This document shows, one piece after another, positions 61,531 through 64,000 of a stretch of 64,000 nt of DNA. The translations under genes were made by a program, and so were the position numbers. The stretch comes from an uncultured Actinomycetes bacterium (GTDB lineage Bacteria; Actinomycetota; Thermoleophilia; RBG-16-64-13): the NCBI GenBank assembly GCA_903873715.1, contig CAIQPS010000168.1, positions 3,939 through 67,938 on the forward strand. The letters are read 5' to 3'. The notes under the pieces are model-generated. The model worked only from the letters and a program-made list of their open reading frames with translations. It was not told where the DNA came from and made no database searches. Each line of letters begins with the position of its first letter. Positions within the stretch are counted from its first letter, which is position 1.

Positions 61531-63479
61531 AGCTCGGCCTCCTTCCCTGCTACCTGCCCGGGCCCGGCGACATGGGTGCCTCCGAAGTGCACCTTCGCCC
61601 ACACGCTCGAGAGGTACCGGGAGAAGCCTCCCTTCACGAACATGACGCACAGCACGAACAGGCCACCAAGGATCAGAGGCCAACGCTCCTGCACGTACAC
61701 ACTCGAGTAGTGCTCCACCAGCACGATGGCGACGGCGCCGAGGGCCGGGCCCCAGAGGGTCCCGCCGCCGCCGATGATCACCATCAGCATGGGCAGCGCG
61801 GACATCTGCAGGGCGAAGTGATCGGGCACCATCGTCCCGTAGAACTGGGCGAACAGCGAGCCCGCCACGCCCGCGAAGACGCCGGCCAGGATGATAGCGG
61901 TGTACTTGATCATCCAGGTGTTGTAGCCGAGGCTCCGCATGCGCGACTCGTTCTCCCGCACCCCGATGAGGGTCTTGCCGAACGAAGAGTGGACGATCTT
62001 GTAGAGGATGAAGAAGCAGACGACGAACGCTATCAACACGAAGAAGTAGAACTTCAGCGGGGTCCAGTGTATGGCCCAGCCGAGATCCGGCTTCGTGACC
62101 CCCGGGAGGCCATCCTTGCCTCCGGTGAGGGACATCCACTTGTTGGCGATCGCGTAGAGAAGTTGCCCGAAGGCCATGGTGACGAGGAGGAAGTAGACCC
62201 CCGAGACCCGGAGGGTCAGGAAGCCGATGACCGCCGCCAGGAGCGCGCAGACCACGATAGTGATGATGAAGGCCGGCCAGAAGTTCGTGATACCCGTCTT
62301 CAGGATGAGGATGCCGAAGGTGTACCCGCCCATGCCGAAGAAGGCGGCGTGGCCGAAGGAGAGCAGCCCCGTGTAGCCCATGATCAGGTCGAGGCTCATT
62401 GCGAATATCGCGTAGATGAGCACCTTCGTGATCATGCTCTGCGTGAAGGTCCCCACGAACGGCGGCACGACCACAAGAAGCGCCAGCACGGCCACTATGG
62501 GCAGGTACTTCTTGAGGCGTTTCTGGACGGGGCTCTCGAGATAGACCGCACGGGGCGCGACCTTCTTCTTGCCGGGCTTCGAAGTGAAGGCCGACGCGCG
62601 CTCCAATGCCTCGTTCGAGTCGTGCGAGAACTTCCTGCCCAGCAGGCCGGCCGGGCGGACGAGCAGGATCACGATGAGGGCCACATACATGATGTAGCTC
62701 GAGAAGCTGGGGAAGTAAGCGGCACCGAACGAGTTGAGCAGCCCGAGGATGATCCCCCCGATGAGCGCGCCCTGCACCGACCCGGCACCCCCGATGACCA
62801 CGACGATGAGCGAGAGCAACAACCCTTGCCAGGCGTTGTTCAGGTTGGTGCCGATGATCTTGCCGCCCATGAACCCGGCCAGACCGGCCAGGACCGAGCC
62901 CAGAGCGAAGATGCCGGTGAACAGCACCTTGAGGTTGATGCCCAACTGGCTGGCGGTCTCCCTGCTGTCCATGCCGGCGCGCACCTTGGCGCCGACTTTC
63001 GTCTTGTCCTGGAACAACCAGAGCAGCACGGCCATGACAAGACCAAAGCCGATGATGAACAGCCGGTACGAAGCGACGTCGACGGCCCCGATGGTTATCG
63101 ACGAAGAGAGGAAGCCGGGAGTGGCGCCGGACTTCGGGAACGATCCCCATATCCATTGCGCGACGTTGACGAGGATGTAGATGAAACCGATGGTCAGGAG
63201 GACCTGGCTGGCCTCCTGCTTGTACAGGCGGCGCAGGAACCCGACCTCGAGGAGGAACCCGCCGAGGCCGGCCACCGCGATGGCGGCCAGGGCGCCGAAC
63301 AGGAAGTTGCTGTGCTGAGCGACCGTGAGCCCGACGAAGCCGCCCGCCATGAACAGGGCGCCGTGGGCCATGTTGACGATGCGCATGAGACCCATCGTCA
63401 TCGAGAGCCCGGTGGCCACGAGGAAGAGCACAAGCCCATACGAGAGGCCCAGCAGAAAGACTGAAAGAACCTTGTCCAT
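61527..63479 (-). CDS. fused LivH-LivM type ABC permease
   Basis: 650 aa in one frame, with a LivH-like N-half (LLGLSYGLVLFLVATGLSMTMG) and a LivM-like C-half. Same architecture as 25050-26978. Confidence 0.85.
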   Translation of the reverse strand: MDKVLSVFLLGLSYGLVLFLVATGLSMTMGLMRIVNMAHGALFMAGGFVGLTVAQHSNFLFGALAAIAVAGLGGFLLEVGFLRRLYKQEASQVLLTIGFIYILVNVAQWIWGSFPKSGATPGFLSSSITIGAVDVASYRLFIIGFGLVMAVLLWLFQDKTKVGAKVRAGMDSRETASQLGINLKVLFTGIFALGSVLAGLAGFMGGKIIGTNLNNAWQGLLLSLIVVVIGGAGSVQGALIGGIILGLLNSFGAAYFPSFSSYIMYVALIVILLVRPAGLLGRKFSHDSNEALERASAFTSKPGKKKVAPRAVYLESPVQKRLKKYLPIVAVLALLVVVPPFVGTFTQSMITKVLIYAIFAMSLDLIMGYTGLLSFGHAAFFGMGGYTFGILILKTGITNFWPAFIITIVVCALLAAVIGFLTLRVSGVYFLLVTMAFGQLLYAIANKWMSLTGGKDGLPGVTKPDLGWAIHWTPLKFYFFVLIAFVVCFFILYKIVHSSFGKTLIGVRENESRMRSLGYNTWMIKYTAIILAGVFAGVAGSLFAQFYGTMVPDHFALQMSALPMLMVIIGGGGTLWGPALGAVAIVLVEHYSSVYVQERWPLILGGLFVLCVMFVKGGFSRYLSSVWAKVHFGGTHVAGPGQVAGKEAEL

Positions 63480-63565
63480 TAGCTGCTCCGCTTTCTCATG
63501 ACTGCTGCAGTTCCCCCTGTAGAGCGGCTCGAGATCCTATGCGGGGTCGTCTTCGATGTTTGCGT

Positions 63566-63630
63566 GCCGGGTGCGGGGCGGCTGCCCCGCACCCGGCTGC
63601 CACTTCGTGAGAGGCGTCTCCGCCTCTCAC
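63566..63630 (-). other. two tandem strong stem-loops between binding-protein and permease genes
   Basis: Hairpin 1 has 14-bp arms GCCGGGTGCGGGGC/GCCCCGCACCCGGC (63566-63597). Hairpin 2 has 10-bp arms GTGAGAGGCG/CGCCTCTCAC (63607-63630). Both are flanked by CTTCGATGT (63551-63559) / ACATCGAAG (63629-63637). Confidence 0.5.
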
Positions 63631-63637
63631 ATCGAAG

Positions 63638-64000
63638 CTACTTCAGGCCGGTGGGCGGGACAGCCTCGTAGGCCTTGACGGTCGCGTACTTGTAGATGGT
63701 CCCTTTGCCGGGGACGTCGAAGCCGATGACCTTCATGATCCAGACGTTCTTGGTCGCAGCCTGGTCGCCAGGAGCGAAGAACTCGGGACCTTCGGGGCCG
63801 GTGAACTTGACGGCGAGCAGAGCTTTGCTGAGAGCGTCGCCGGTGAGGTCACCCTGGATGGTGGCGGCGGCGGCCAGGAAGCCCTGGACGGCCTGCACGG
63901 TGCAGGAGTAGCCGGCGTCTCCGGGAGGCCCGTAGGGCAGCGACGGAGCGATGCCGTTGGCGAAGTCGACGCTGGCCTGATCCTTGGAATCCGGGTCCCA
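63638..64000 (-). CDS. LivK-type substrate-binding protein, 5' end beyond window
   Basis: The track shows only 63638-63898. I checked that the same frame stays open to position 64000 (...WDPDSKDQASVDFANGIAPSLPYGPPGDAGYSCTVQAVQGFLAAA...). It sits at the head of a Liv-type operon. Confidence 0.7.
   Translation of the reverse strand, partial: WDPDSKDQASVDFANGIAPSLPYGPPGDAGYSCTVQAVQGFLAAAATIQGDLTGDALSKALLAVKFTGPEGPEFFAPGDQAATKNVWIMKVIGFDVPGKGTIYKYATVKAYEAVPPTGLK

Noticed and set aside
61531-63156. Upstream 542 codons of the 793-aa track ORF 60775-63156.
   Set aside because: This is an out-of-frame read through the permease gene. Only the last 251 codons (GTG 61530 onward) carry ABC ATPase motifs.

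Overview
Very GC-rich, gene-dense window with about 57 protein-coding genes, mostly on the minus strand and often joined by ATGA/GTGA/TTGA start-stop overlaps. I saw no rRNA, tRNA, CRISPR array, transposase or integrase. The many long antisense ORFs in the track are high-GC artefacts. The content reads as an anaerobic polyphenol and methoxy-aromatic catabolic island. It holds two paralogous pairs of pyrogallol-phloroglucinol transhydroxylase / resorcinol hydroxylase-type molybdoenzyme subunits (12285-16204 and 42188-45639). One pair sits in an operon with an NTF2-like protein, a DAPG/phloretin-hydrolase-like protein and a fumarate-reductase-type flavoprotein. There are two Liv-type ABC uptake operons with fused permeases: one continues into an NTF2-like/flavoprotein module, the other into a LigM-like tetrahydrofolate O-demethylase and a URO-D-family protein. 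Other redox genes include an OYE/2,4-dienoyl-CoA-reductase-type enoate reductase, a GlcD/GlcF-like FAD/Fe-S trio, nitroreductases, SDRs and a pirin, plus unusual two-HTH regulators. The most unusual single observation is a DsbA/FrnE-family gene (37614-38225) whose first CxxC cysteine codon is an in-frame TGA. A stem-loop follows at SECIS-like distance, and both ends of the gene are translationally coupled to neighbours, so it is either a candidate selenoprotein or a very recent pseudogene. Functional calls rest on motifs I recognise by eye and on recalled family knowledge; no database search was possible. Taxon cannot be assigned from the sequence alone; an anaerobic high-GC Gram-positive (Actinomycetota-like) origin is only a guess.
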